Source of the DNA: Rhynchobatus australiae
Lineage: Eukaryota
DNA length: 64,000 bases
Reading direction: 5' to 3'
Assembly: GCA_034780895.1 (NCBI GenBank)
Contig: JAUZTB010000071.1
Coordinates: 18,342,858-18,406,857, forward strand
The translations under genes and the position numbers were made by a program. Under the pieces are notes generated by a model, which was not told the origin of the DNA, searched no databases, and saw only the letters and a program-made list of their open reading frames with translations. Positions within the stretch are counted from its first letter, which is position 1; every line of letters starts with the position of its first letter. This document shows, piece after piece, positions 24,577 through 37,506 of the stretch.

Positions 24577-24700
24577 GGGGCATGGTAGCTCAGTGGTTAA
24601 GACATGGGCTGATAGCTGGAGTTCCAGACCATTAGGCTGGAAATATCACCATGGAAGATGGGGAATTTGAATTCAAGTAATTAAGAAAATCTAGAATTTT
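24577..24700 (+). mobile_element. Degenerate tRNA-derived SINE head
   Basis: ggggcatggtagctcagtggttaagac A-box-like start, followed by caccatgg...gaatttgaattcaa; no intact cloverleaf. Confidence 0.5.
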
Positions 24701-25252
24701 CACATATGGAGTACTGTGTATAATTTTGGTCCCTTTGGCTAAAATAAGAGATATACTTGTTTTAAAGAATCCCAGCAAAAATTCATCAGTCTGGTTCTTG
24801 GGCTGGCAAGTCTATTCCTTAGAGATTAGAGGAATAAGAGACATGATTAAAACTAAGAGTTCTTAGAGGGCTCGACAGGGCAGCTATGAGAAGAATGTTT
24901 CTCCTGATTGAGGAACCTCGAACTGTAAGTCACAGTTTCAGAATTAGAGCCAGGCTATTTATGACTGAAATAAGAAGAAATATCTGTACTCAGAAGGTAG
25001 TGAAACTTTGGAACCCACCACCAAAGTAAGTATGGAGTAAGTATGTAAGTACGTAAGTATGGAGTCTCAGCCACTGTTTTCATTCAAATGAGAGATCGAT
25101 AGGTTCCTGAGTATTAAAAGAATCAAAAGGTAATGGGGATAGAGCAAGAAAATGCTCTTCTGCCTGTTTGAGGTGGAAGATCATCCATGAACCTGCTGAA
25201 TGTGGGGCAGGCTTGACTGGCCAAATAGCCCATCCGTGCTCCTATTTCATTA
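24700..25252 (+). mobile_element. CR1 3' fragment
   Basis: HMEYCV.FWS motif, GLDR...MF..RT.SHSFRI...EIRRN...QKVVKLWN, and tail ggccaaatagcccatccgtgctcctatttc. Confidence 0.8.
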
Positions 25253-28200
25253 ATAAAGGGTGAGTGAGGAGGGGGTGTGAGGGGTGCCCTTACCTGGACC
25301 CGTCATAGGATCTCCACCTTCGCGCAGGTGGATCCTCTTTTAAATACCTTATTTTGTTTGTTCTCACCCTTCCCCCTCATTCCAGCTGCCTTCCTTGCTT
25401 GCTGCTAATGTCTGTAGGGCCTTTCATTTGCTCGTCTGCCTACCTTACTCTTTTCACCTGCTTATACACTGGCTTGATTTTATGTTTGAATTCCTGGCCC
25501 CCTCAACCAAAAATACAATCACCTGACTGAACAACACCCACTTCACCTCCACCCTGCACCCCCCCACCGGCGCACACAATTCAGTTAAGTCCCTAAAACA
25601 GCAGAACTATCAAAGTCTAGGCCCTTATTCACATGAAGAATATAAAACCTGCTCTGTAGCACATGACTTCTTGGGTCCCTTGCATTGTAGAATTTTACTG
25701 TCAGGAGCTTTGAACAAAATAATTGGCTGTTCTCCCTAGTGTTGGAGAATCTGTGGAAATCTTGCAGAGATCAAAGTTTAACAAACACAGTAAATCCTCA
25801 CCAAAATCAATGTTTTCTGATGCACAACACAGATAATCTTGTTTCAGGAGCTGTCTGTTCATTCCTTTGTAAATTATGCCAAAGTAATACAGCAAAGAGC
25901 ATACCCAGAGGCGGAGTTAAACACTGTAACCTTATATCCTGGTTCAGATGATACTGGTAGAATACCTGAGGGTTAGAAGTTCCTTTAGCAATGACAGGTA
26001 TTAATATGTTAAAAACAGATAAAATTATTTCTGAATTGTGGGGGGTGCAGTAGAGTATTTTGGGATCCCATTTAGGGAACCCTGGTGCTCATGTTACCAA
26101 GGTACATGGACAGTGACCAAAATAAGGAAGAATTTAAAGTGATTAAAGGGGTGAATTTTAACATGGACAATAACATACCACATCATAAAAACATGAAACT
26201 TACAAAATGAATTTATTCATTCTCAAATATAGAGAGCTGAGAGAAAATGGATGTGACCAGTCCACAATAATTGTGAAGTCAAAGCAGCAAAAAGTCACAT
26301 TAAGGAGCCAGATGGATCCCAAGGTTCACAAAGCTCCAGAATAAAATAAATTATTTAAACTGTCTCTCTCTCAATAGTAAACTCCTCTTTGAATATGGTT
26401 TTGCTTTTCCACAGGCTGTCTTCTAATGACCCAGACAATGGCTGAATAACCAGGTTAGTCAAAATATTTCAGAGTATTAGTTAAGAAGGAAGAGACAGAA
26501 AATTGAACTTGATTCTATTAGAGAAGGAAAATATTTTAGCAGAGACATGATCCCAGTTATTGCATTGCTGAAGAGAATTTTTAGAAATAACTATGAAGTT
26601 AAACAAAGCCAGGGAATATGATCACAAAATTAACCAAGTTCAAGCAAGAAGAAACATTTTTCCACAGTAAATAGATGGAATGGACAATCAGTGGGAGTAT
26701 TTAAAAGAATATTGATTAGCTCCTTTAAAAATGGAATAAATCCATGATTAAGAATTGAATTGAAGATTACAACCAAACCTAACAGCAGATAATGAAATAT
26801 TGTTAGCAACACAATGTTATGGAGACTAGAGAGATAGCATCAGGAAAATGTACTTGTACAGAATTGAATAATGTACATTGCTGTACTTGGTTCATCTTCT
26901 GCTGAATCACTGTATGAGTGTAAGAAATTCATATTCCATGATTTCCTCTTTATTCCCTCAGCTCTGGGACAATTTAAAATCTTTAATCAATGTTTTGATC
27001 TGTATGAGTTACAGTCTCTGCTATTATTGTCTGTAATATAAACACCAGTGTTTAGTTACCATTTTCCCACCAGTACTAGAGTTGGATTCCTTTTGCTTCA
27101 TTGCAATTTTGCGTTCAAACTAATAAATGGTCCCTCTGAAGCACATGACTTTATTCCAAGTTCCATTATTCATTCACAGTAATTACATTTCTTAGCAATC
27201 TGTTTTTATTCAGATCACAATAGAAAATCAACAAGCTCTGATATTCCCCTATAACACTCAGCAATCTAATTTCTGAAGTAGATTCAATGGCAATTTCCAA
27301 AAGAGAATTGTATGATTACTATTAAAGGATAGATTTGCAGGTCTGTGGAAGGTAAGCAGAAAAGTGGGAGTAATTCGATACATCTTTCAAAGAAATAGCA
27401 TGTATCCTACTGTGCAATATCATTGGGGATGGAATTGGCAGCGAGGGCTAGGTTTGGAGCAGGTGGAAAGTCAGTAGGTTAGATCAGTACATTGGGGTTG
27501 GTATCATGGAGGTCTGTCAGAAGCAAGGTGGTGAGAAAGGGAACCTACTTGAGTATCTACAAAGATGACATGGGACCTTCTGAGGGAACAGCATCACTAA
27601 AGCTCAGCTGTTCTAAGAGATTCATCAGAAAAGCCTGGGCTAATTTCCTGGGCTATAAAGTTTAAGAGAACATTGCATGGGAAATGTTATTCCATGAACT
27701 TCTCTGGTGCACCCATTTCATCATTTAACATAACCACAAGTGATTGAAGTTTATCAGAACTTCCCATTCGTGAAACAACCTATCTTCATATAAATAATGC
27801 TGAGAAAAATACTGATAGAAATTTTTCAGCACATGTTAACTACATATGACAAAATTGTGCCTTGATTGTATAGATTAAATGTATATAACAATGGAAATAC
27901 CAAGTCAGTAAACAATAATGAATACAAAAATATGCTAATAGATCTTGGAAATCAGATGACCTTGTAGACACCTTGGGATCACTTCAAACATCTATAGAAT
28001 CCCCCCTTTGAAAAATTGTGGTTATAAATGAGCTCAGGGTCTCATTATTGTTCACTCAATCACTCTCACTACCTTTAATATCACTTAACCAGATTGTTGT
28101 TGGCATCTAGTGTGCAATATTATAATATCTTATATTCAATAACTAATCCAAGACAATGGAAATGATCCTAAGAATGGGAAGTAACTTGCAGTTCATAATT

Positions 28201-29227
28201 GCAACAGGACCAAATGAGTTGTCTGGGTTGCACTTATGATTGTGATAAATTCTGTGTTCTGTTACGCATGTAATATTCTGTGTAGTTTGTATATGTGGAA
28301 TTAAATGCTATTTTTATATGGAAAACCTATTGTGACTCCTNNNNNNNNNNNNNNNNNNNNNNNNNNNNNNNNNNNNNNNNNNNNNNNNNNNNNNNNNNNN
28401 NNNNNNNNNNNNNNNNNNNNNNNNNNNNNNNNNNNNNNNNNNNNNNNNNNNNNNNNNNNNNNNNNNNNNNNNNNNNNNNNNNNNNNNNNNNNNNNNNNNN
28501 NNNNNNNNNNNNNNNNNNNNNNNNNNNNNNNNNNNNNNNNNNNNNNNNNNNNNNNNNNNNNNNNNNNNNNNNNNNNNNNNNNNNNNNNNNNNNNNNNNNN
28601 NNNNNNNNNNNNNNNNNNNNNNNNNNNNNNNNNNNNNNNNNNNNNNNNNNNNNNNNNNNNNNNNNNNNNNNNNNNNNNNNNNNNNNNNNNNNNNNNNNNN
28701 NNNNNNNNNNNNNNNNNNNNNNNNNNNNNNNNNNNNNNNNNNNNNNNNNNNNNNNNNNNNNNNNNNNNNNNNNNNNNNNNNNNNNNNNNNNNNNNNNNNN
28801 NNNNNNNNNNNNNNNNNNNNNNNNNNNNNNNNNNNNNNNNNNNNNNNNNNNNNNNNNNNNNNNNNNNNNNNNNNNNNNNNNNNNNNNNNNNNNNNNNNNN
28901 NNNNNNNNNNNNNNNNNNNNNNNNNNNNNNNNNNNNNNNNNNNNNNNNNNNNNNNNNNNNNNNNNNNNNNNNNNNNNNNNNNNNNNNNNNNNNNNNNNNN
29001 NNNNNNNNNNNNNNNNNNNNNNNNNNNNNNNNNNNNNNNNNNNNNNNNNNNNNNNNNNNNNNNNNNNNNNNNNNNNNNNNNNNNNNNNNNNNNNNNNNNN
29101 NNNNNNNNNNNNNNNNNNNNNNNNNNNNNNNNNNNNNCTTCTAGTCTTTAAAATTAACATTGAGTGAGAGAGATGAAATTAAAATCTAGGGTAAAGGAAC
29201 TTTTAATGAGCTATGATTAAATGTATG

Positions 29228-30410
29228 AATCAGAGAACAGAGCAGTACAGCACAGGAACAGCCCTTCAGCCCACGATGTCTATGCTGATTGTGATGCCAA
29301 ATTAAACTAAACCCAACTGCCTGCACATGATCCATATCCCTCCATTCCCTGCATGTTTATGTGCCTGTCTAAATGCTACTTGAACACCACTATTGTGTCT
29401 GCTTACAGAAGCACACTGGCAGCCCATTCCAGGCACCTACCACTCTCTATGTAAAACACTCTCCCTGCACATCTCCTTCCCCCTCTCACTATAAAGCTAT
29501 GTCCTTTAGTATTTGAAATTTCTACCTTGGGAAAAAGATTATCTACCTCTCATTATTTTATAAACTTATATCAGGTCTCCCCTCGGTCTCCCCTCGATCC
29601 CCACCACTCCAGAGAAAACATCCACATTTGTCCAACCACTGCTTATAGCTAATACTCTCTAATCCAGGAAGCATCCTGGTGAACCACTTCTGTACCCTCT
29701 CCAAAGCCTCCACATCCTTCCTGTAATGGGGAGATCAGAAATGCGCACAATACTCCATATGTTGCCTAACCAAAGTTTTATAAAGTTGTACATGATTTCC
29801 TGACTCTTATATTCAGTGCCCCAACCGATGAGGTCAAGCACGTCATATGCCTTTTTTACCACCCTATCTTCTTGTTGCCACTTTCAGGGAGCTATGGACA
29901 TGGACTCCAAGATCCCTTTTTACATCAATGCTCCTAAGGATCCTGCCACTTACTGTCTACTTTCCACATACATTTGACCTTGTAAGTGCAATACCTCTCA
30001 CTTGCCCAGATTAAACTTCATCTGCCATTTCTCCACCCATATCTACAACTGATCTATATCATGCTGTGTCCTTTGACAACCTGCTTCACCATGCACAACT
30101 CCTCCAATTTTTGTGATTGCGTGCAAACTTACTAATCAGCGCATCTACATCCAAGTCATTCACATATATCACAAAGAGGTCCCAGCACTGATCCCTGCGG
30201 AACTCCACTGGTCACAGTCTTCCAGTCAGAATAATACCCCTGCACCACTACCTTCTGTTTTCTATGGTGAAGTCAATTTTGAATCCAATCCACCAAGTCA
30301 TTAAGGGATCTCATCCATCTTAATCTTCTCGATCAGCCTTGTCAAATGGCTTACTACAGTTCACGTTGACAACATCTACACCCCCACCCTAAGCAATTAT
30401 CTTATTCACC
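29228..30410 (-). mobile_element. CR1 (HER1-like) 5'-truncated copy, ~1.2 kb
   Basis: Minus ORF VKKAYDVL.LIGWGTEYKSQEIM, reverse GVPQGSVLG (cccagcactgatccctgcggaactcc), tail agtacagcacaggaacagcccttcagcccac. Confidence 0.92.
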
Positions 30411-30684
30411 ATTAGTTATTTTNNNNNNNNNNNNNNNNNNNNNNNNNNNNNNNNNNNNNNNNNNNNNNNNNNNNNNNNCGTAACAATGGTTTAGTGTGTT
30501 TTTATAGGTTTAGGAAATATTAAGCATGTCTTGTGAACTACCTTTGAATCCTTTTTAATGGAATAGATTTTAAATCTCTGATAAAGATGAAAAATTATTA
30601 GCCTTTCCAGATTTCCAGCATTCTGTTTACCCAGTAGTAAGAAACACTTCCAAGATGAGTAAAAGCAGCTTTTTTTTAAAAAAT

Positions 30685-31780
30685 TCTCAGGATCTGGGCC
30701 TTGCCTGCAAGGCCAGCATTTATTGTCTATCCCCAAATTGCTTGAGGAGATAGTGAGGAGCTACCTAAAACCATCACAACCCTTCTGGTAAAGATACTCT
30801 GATGGTGCTGTAGGACAGGGAGTTCCAGGATTTAGATCCTCTGACAATGAAGGACTGGCAGTATATTTGCAAGTCACAACAGTATGTAATTTAGAGGGGA
30901 AACTGCAAATGGTGGTGTTCCCTTAATCCTTACTGCCCTTAACCTTTTTTGGCAGTAGAGGTGGCAGATTGGGAAACATTGTATAAAGCTGGATGAGTAA
31001 CTGCAGTACATCATATAGATGGTATTTACACTGTGCACCAGAAATGATGGAAGGAGCAAGTGGTGGACAGGGTACATCAAATAAACTGCTTTGCCCTTGA
31101 GGGTGACAGCTTCTTGAGTGTTGTTGGACATACTCTCTAGTTGCCTGAATGAGTGCATTTCAGCTACAGTCCTTGTAGACAGCTGAAAAGACACAAGAAA
31201 AAACTGTCACAGGATACCCAGTCTGTAACTTGCTCTTGGTATTTATGTGGCTGGTCCAGATAAGTTTCTGGGGAAGATGGTTAGATTCTCTCTTGTTGGA
31301 GATGCTCATTGCATGGTATTTATAGGGCATGAATGTTACCAACCACAGTTCAATCCATACCTGAACGCTGTTTTAGGTAAGTTTTACCTTATGCAGGCAT
31401 GATTGGTTTCTGCCAGTGGAGAAACAGATTGGTTTTGTATAGAACAGGATGCATTACTGAATACACATCTCATTTTTAAGTCAATATTGGTCAGGGAGTC
31501 AACCATCATTATACTTAATCCCAATGGTTACTGAGGATTTGAGAAATGGAATCACACATTGTGCTACCGTCAACAAACTCTCCCGACTTCTGACCTTGAT
31601 GGAAAGGCCATTGATGAAGCAATTAAAACTGGTTGGGCATAGGACATTGTCTAATCATCTTGCAGTGCCGGCTTGAGGCTGACCACAAATATCTTCCTTT
31701 ATGTGAGGTACATCTCCAGCTGCTCACTAATTCAAGGATTAATTATACCACTACAATGTCATCTCTGATGACATCAGATA
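30685..31780 (-). mobile_element. Second CR1-group LINE family, old fragment
   Basis: 3' end ggccagcatttattgtctatccccaaattgcttgag (reverse complement of the ctcaag...aataaatgctggcc tail), followed by degenerate reverse RT sequence. Confidence 0.65.
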
Positions 31781-32322
31781 TTTCACCACAGCTGGGAACT
31801 TACTTTCTTAGCTGTTTCATTAGATAAACTATCAAGAAAAAGAATTTGCAACCAGTAGAAAAGAACAAATCCCTTGTTTCCTTGAAATGAGGATAGAGCT
31901 GGGGAAAGATTTTAGCCTTTCTTGCCAATGGAGAAACAAACTGGTTTTGTATAGAATAGGATGCATCACTGAATTCATAAGATATCTTTATTAGTCGTAT
32001 GTACATCGAAACACAGTGAAATGCATCTTTTTGTGTAATGTTCTGGGGGCAGCCCGCAAGTGTCGCCGCACTTCCAGCGCCAACATAGCATGCCCACAAC
32101 TTCCTAACCTGTACGTCTTTGGAATTTGGGAGGAAACCGGAGCACCCGGAGGAAACCCATGCAGACACATGGAGAACACAAAAACTCCTTACAGACAGTG
32201 GTCGGAATTGAAGCCTGGTTGCTGGTGCGGTAAAGTGTTACACTAACTGCTACACTACTCTCATTTGGAAGTCAATATTGGTCAGGGAGTAAAACATCAT
32301 TATACTTAATCCCAATGGTTAC
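31411..32322 (+). repeat. Local ~120 bp direct duplication (31411-31531; 31923-32322 with SINE insert)
   Basis: tgcca.tggagaaaca.a.tggttttgtatagaa.aggatgcat.actgaat...tctcattt..aagtcaatattggtcagggagt.aa.catcattatacttaatcccaatggttac occurs twice. Confidence 0.9.
31979..32258 (-). mobile_element. Young V-SINE with Rex1/Babar-type 3' tail
   Basis: CpG-retaining V-domain (ggaggaaaccggagcacccggaggaaacccatgcagacac), tRNA-like head at 32200-32258, tail tttcactgtgtttcgatgtacatacgactaataaag on the minus strand. Confidence 0.88.
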
Positions 32323-35009
32323 CTGTCAAGTACCTATAGAATCAGTAGAAATATTTTTGACTGAAAATATTGGTGACAAAGAACATGTCACAGCAAAGAA
32401 ACAGACCCTTTAGCTTTCGCACTCCACTGCTAAATTATTTCAGCTTTCCTTACCATGTCCCATTGGACCTCTGGTTACAGAACACAAACATGTCAGAAGA
32501 ACAGACTCAGATAAAGAAGGGAGGCATATTCCAGAGCCAGGGTCTTCAGCTTACATCCTGTCTCTGTGATAAACATTATGTAAAAGAATTGCATAAATAA
32601 TTGCACCACAAGCTGGAAGACAAAAATGAATCCACTGATTAAAATTGTAAATTGTCGCTCAAAACCACATAATGTGTTATCCAAGGGAACATGGACACTC
32701 TGCTTCTTTAAAATTATAGTTGTTGATAAAATTAGGTTTTGCAAACCATTTCAATTGACCCTCAGGCATCAAATGATTTTTCATTGCAAACCTATCAAAG
32801 TGTGATCTTTAGCTGTCCAAGAGAATCAATAAGTAATGATTAACCATTCCTTTGAAACTACACATCAAGTGAATTTCTTCATGTTGGGGCAAATTTAGCC
32901 CTACCTGTTTGGCAGAGAACTGGTTTGGAAAGGAAGCTTATTTAGTGCCGAGAATAGTTGGAAACTAATTGCAGTTTGAATCTGATTTCCCAAGCAGATG
33001 GAAAGGAAACACAATGACCTGAGCTGGTAGTGGATATCAGTGCTTTCATTTGATTTCATAGAATGCCATTAAACCATTTCCATCTTGTGGCAATATTCAG
33101 TTTGGTAATGAAATAGACTTAGAAGTCACAACTGGTTTCTACTCTTAATTATCTCTGGTTACACAGGTCTTCCTTTTGGCAAAACTTGAGACAAAATAAT
33201 TGCTCAATAGCACCAATTATTTTCTATGTAGAGCTATATTAAAAAGTTCTGCCAACATATTGGCTCTGTTTATGCAGGGGTGATGACAACACTAACTACC
33301 ATTGTGTTTGCCATCTTTGATTTCTCCCGGGAGATAAGTTAGGGTTAAATATCCTTCATAAAGCACGATGAAGGAACAAGTTCATAATTCATGTTTTTTT
33401 TAAATATAGGGATTAGCACAGAGCCAAAATAAGTATTGTAACTAGAGAGGATATTTCCCTGAGAAATTGTTATCCATTAGTTTGAATGGAAAGGTTATGA
33501 AAAGTTGAGCTCACAACTATGAGAATGGTGGTATTTTGAGGGAATTTGGAGTCTGGCTCAAAAGTGAAGAAATGGGAGAAATGTGGAATTCAATAGATTT
33601 ATCAATGATCAGAGATGTGGTTGGAGAGAAGGTTTTGAGACTGTTACTAATTAATGGCATGGATAAACACAAGATAGCTGTATCACTGGATGCAAAAGNN
33701 NNNNNNNNNNNNNNNNNNNNNNNNNNNNNNNNNNNNNNNNNNNNNNNNNNNNNNNNNNNNNNNNNNNNNNATGTCAGCAATTGTTTGTTTGTAAATAATA
33801 TTACAATCCAGAGATCATAAAAATGACAATGCTATCAGATCCTTAAGGAAAGAGTGTCATTATCAAGATGCCAAAGAGATCTTAGTGAGTGGTTTCATTA
33901 TTAGGAGCACAAACATGTCGACTTGTCTATTTGCAAATATCCTAACTCTTAGCTTAGTTAATTCCATGGCATGACCTGTTTTAACTGCAATTAAAGATGT
34001 GGAGAAGACTTAGCACTCAATTGAATATGGTGCAGTTCACCAAAGACAATCTTAGTGGCCACCATCTTCAGAATCTACCATATTAGCAGTATGTGTTTTC
34101 TGGTGTGCTTTGACTTTCTTGAGAACAAATCTGAGCCAGAAAAAGATGGTTTTGGATGGTTATTAATGCTGGATTATTTTGATACTCAAAATGATTTTAT
34201 ATATGAAGGTAAATTCTGAAGGTAAATTATTAAGTTCAGCTATGCCATTAATTATCAGTTTAGCAAGTGTACCCCAGCAGCCCCACTATATTTTAGAAGC
34301 CATTCCAGCCCTCTGTTACCATGTACAGCCTAGCATGGCAGCTTTTCCATAGCATGCATTCTGGCACCATTCATTTCCAAGTTTTCCTAAAATAATGAGT
34401 GTACTTTGTTATCCTTGAGCAACATTGATGTTGATTAAATAGCTTTTAAAATTTACTGATAAAACTTCCTATGTCTGAGATAAATTGCTGACAGAGAAAA
34501 GTTAAAGGACCTCCTAGTCATTGTGACTGAATTCCTTACAATAGTCTGTCTTACCCTCGTCCTGAGACTTGCAGAGTTACGGGTGCCATTGTTTAGTCAG
34601 TTCCATTCATCATGTTATCAAGAAATGGCTGAATGACCTGGATACATGTAAAAACTTGCAGCTACAAATACCTGATGATAGTGCTAGAAAATTGTGGGCT
34701 ACAGGCAATTGGGTCTCCAACCAAGATTATATCAGTGCAGGTATGTGGGCCGAATCATGTTTCTCAGCCTTTTGGCTAGGATCAACTGCAGCATTCATTC
34801 TTGTGAAATGTTTTTTTTAAGTATTTAGGCTAAGTGCTTTCTCTTCTGTGGATTCGGTTTATTCATTGGCAAAGAGCCATAGCTTCATAGAGTCACGCAG
34901 CAAGAAGGCAACCTATTCCATGCCACTGATCAAGTACCTATCTGTATTAATCCCATTTCCCAGTACTCAACTTATAGCCTCCCAAGCCATGGAGATGCAT
35001 TTTGATACT

Positions 35010-36900
35010 GACTGCAACAGTAGCTTGCATTTTGGCAGCAACCATAGCTGCAAATGGAGTAGCTGGCCAAGGTATTGATAACACTGTCAGGATGACAGTG
35101 ATTAACGTGGAGGAAAGCCACCCTTTGGACCATGCGTTTCTCTTCAGAAAATTGCTCTTTGACTGTTGTGGTTTTGAAGCCATGGATATGTTCTGTCTGC
35201 AGAACTTGCCAGGTAATAAGTATTTTGATATTACCTTTGGAAATCTTGGGAGATGTTTGAAGCTGCTGTACCTTCATGGTTCAGAGAGACTGTACTGTGA
35301 GAATGCCCACATCCCACCCCTGACTGTGGATGTGCTTCCCAGGAACCATGAGAGACTAGAAAACCAATCAGGTCTTCAGGTTCTAGACAAATAAACATCA
35401 GGACAAAGATACACCTAAAACAAAAGTCATCATCCACATGCCCTCCTGCTTCACAGTGGGAGTAAGACATGACCATATTATCTGTACAGGACAACCTGCA
35501 GCGAACTTGGACATGTGCCAGCCATCTGATACACACCATGCAAGGAGGAAGGCCACCTGACCAAAGATTAAGGAGGGAGGTGTTGCCACCTGTGTGGGGT
35601 GGCAGACAATCTTGATAGGACTGCCCCAGACCTTCTTTTGGTTATGCACAGTCAAGGTAGAAAACTGATGACAAATCTTCCAGGGAGGAAAACGGCTCTC
35701 TCCTCTTGTCAAGACTCCAGCTGAGAACATGTCTGGTGAAAGGAATAAAAGTCCAGCAAGTGCAAGCTGTCAAGCCCAGCTTCTACTGCAGGTGACAGAG
35801 TCCATGGAAGAGGAGGCAGCAGGGGAACAACCAGGAGATTGGCAGATGGTGAAGAGAAACAAAAAACCACAAAGGTCCATTAAAAAAAACAAAATGACTT
35901 CTGACAACTCCAAAATGAGTGGATAAGGGACAAATGTGCTTGCTACTCCTACAGGAATCCATGAGGAAAGTAGTGTCTGATGCATCCCAGCTCTGAGAGT
36001 CCAGAATGGACATTCCCGTTTCTGGAAGAGCGGGAGCAATGCACCCCACCTCCAGGAATCAGAGCAATGTAGCATTGAATGCATCCCAGCTTCAGGAATC
36101 CAGGAGTGACGAATCCCAGCTCTGTAAAACCTGGAGCAAAGCAGTTTCTGGTGCACTTCAGGGTTTGTGACCCTGGGAGTGATGTATCCCAGCTCCAGGA
36201 GTCCAGAGGTAATGGAGCCTTTGATGGACCCCAACTCTGACTGCAGAAAACATCAAGAAACTTTAAAGGTTGGAGAAGGGTAGAACTCTTCTTTGATTCT
36301 CTGGTGGGAAGCGGTCATAGTATCAAAGTGAAAATCAAAAAGTTCTTCATTATTAGACATGTTCATAAATCAAGAAAGTTCAGAGGAAATTGCATCAACT
36401 CTTAAAAAAAAGCATGCCGATGTGATCCTTCTGTGGCCGATGGAGGTGGATAAGGAACTCCAAGAGGTAAAGAGCCTGCAAGCCTCACTCTTTGCCTCAG
36501 ACTCCTCCAAAATTAATTTCTTATCCAGAGTCTGCACCATGGAGGAGGGCAAGACATGCTCGTGCTTATTTCAAAAGGAAGTCAGCTTAGTAACATCCCC
36601 ACAGCTGGAAACATTGAGGATCTGCAAATCCTTCTTTGCCAGTCTGCGTAATTGGAAAGATGCAGTCTGCACAGCCCTCCTGTCCTCTATCTCAGAGGAT
36701 TTAGATGGCAGCAAGTGGGAGACTCTGGATCAGCCATTCATCCTGGAATTCTGACAAGCTCTATCCTTTTCTTTGAGATGAATAAACCCGAGTAAAACTC
36801 ACAGAAGTGATGACTTATCAGCTGAGTTGTACTTGACTGTGTGGGACTGGATGGGCCCAGACCTGTGGGAGTGTACAGTGCTATGCTTCTAGCTGGCAGC
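35010..36900 (+). mobile_element. L1/Tx1-type non-LTR retrotransposon, decayed and internally deleted (ORF1 plus ORF2 pieces)
   Basis: ORF1-like GQGIDNTVRM...LFDCCGFEAMDMFCLQNLPGNKYFDITF, knuckle remnant CKEEGHLTKD (~35539), ORF2 pieces WWEAV, FLSRVCTMEEGKTCSCLFQK, WETLDQPF, SDDLSAELY.TVWDWMGPDL. Confidence 0.8.
35950..36215 (+). repeat. Degenerate ~29 bp tandem repeat inside the Tx1-like element
   Basis: About five or six imperfect copies of tgcatcccagctccaggaatccagag(caa). Confidence 0.7.
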
Positions 36901-37224
36901 ATCATCTATGATGTAGGTGAGTTGGCAGTTGTAAACTCCCTCCTGTATTTTGTCCATTGCAGCAATCCCTCAGCGCTGCATTTTAAAGCCAATGCAAGTT
37001 ACAAACATAGGAGTCCTGAACAAGGACAGAACCCATAGCCTCAGAGGGTGCTGTGCAATCTATTGCTTCTCAATGTTGTGTCAAGTGGACGTGGTGCTCT
37101 GTTGCAGTTTGATGTGATCACAGATAAGAGGTTCTTAACATTTAAATTTAATATTCTAAGACACCTGTTGAATTCATTTTTAGGTGAATATCTACATACT
37201 CTGGAAAAGATCTAAATATTGCCA

Positions 37225-37506
37225 CAAAACTAATAAATATTGGAAATTCTCAGCAGATCAAGCAGCATCTGGGAAAGAAAATCTATTTTTCTGACATAGG
37301 GTCTTTGACATGAAACATCAACACTGTTTTTCTTTCTATAAATGCTGCCTGGCCTGCTGTGCATTTTCAGCANNNNNNNNNNNNNNNNNNNNNNNNNNNN
37401 NNNNNNNNNNNNNNNNNNNNNNNNNNNNNNNNNNNNNNNNNNNNNNNNNNNNNNNNNNNNNNNNNNNNNNNNCTGTATTTATTTCAGATTTTCAGCATCT
37501 GCAGTT
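37225..37506. mobile_element. Penelope-derived inverted unit (gap inside)
   Basis: ctcagcagatcaagcagcatctgggaaagaaaa inverted with ttttctttctataaatgctgcctggcctgctg; central ctgacatagggtctttgacatgaaacatc. Confidence 0.7.

Noticed and set aside
26415-26453. Strong acceptor-donor pair on + (also 41776-41808 and the donor at ~23175)
   Set aside because: Stops in all three frames; cannot be supported as coding, and there is no evidence for non-coding use.
35950-36215. Repeat array with irregular spacers, superficially CRISPR-like
   Set aside because: Degenerate units inside a Tx1-like element in vertebrate DNA; no constant repeat/spacer period and no cas genes.
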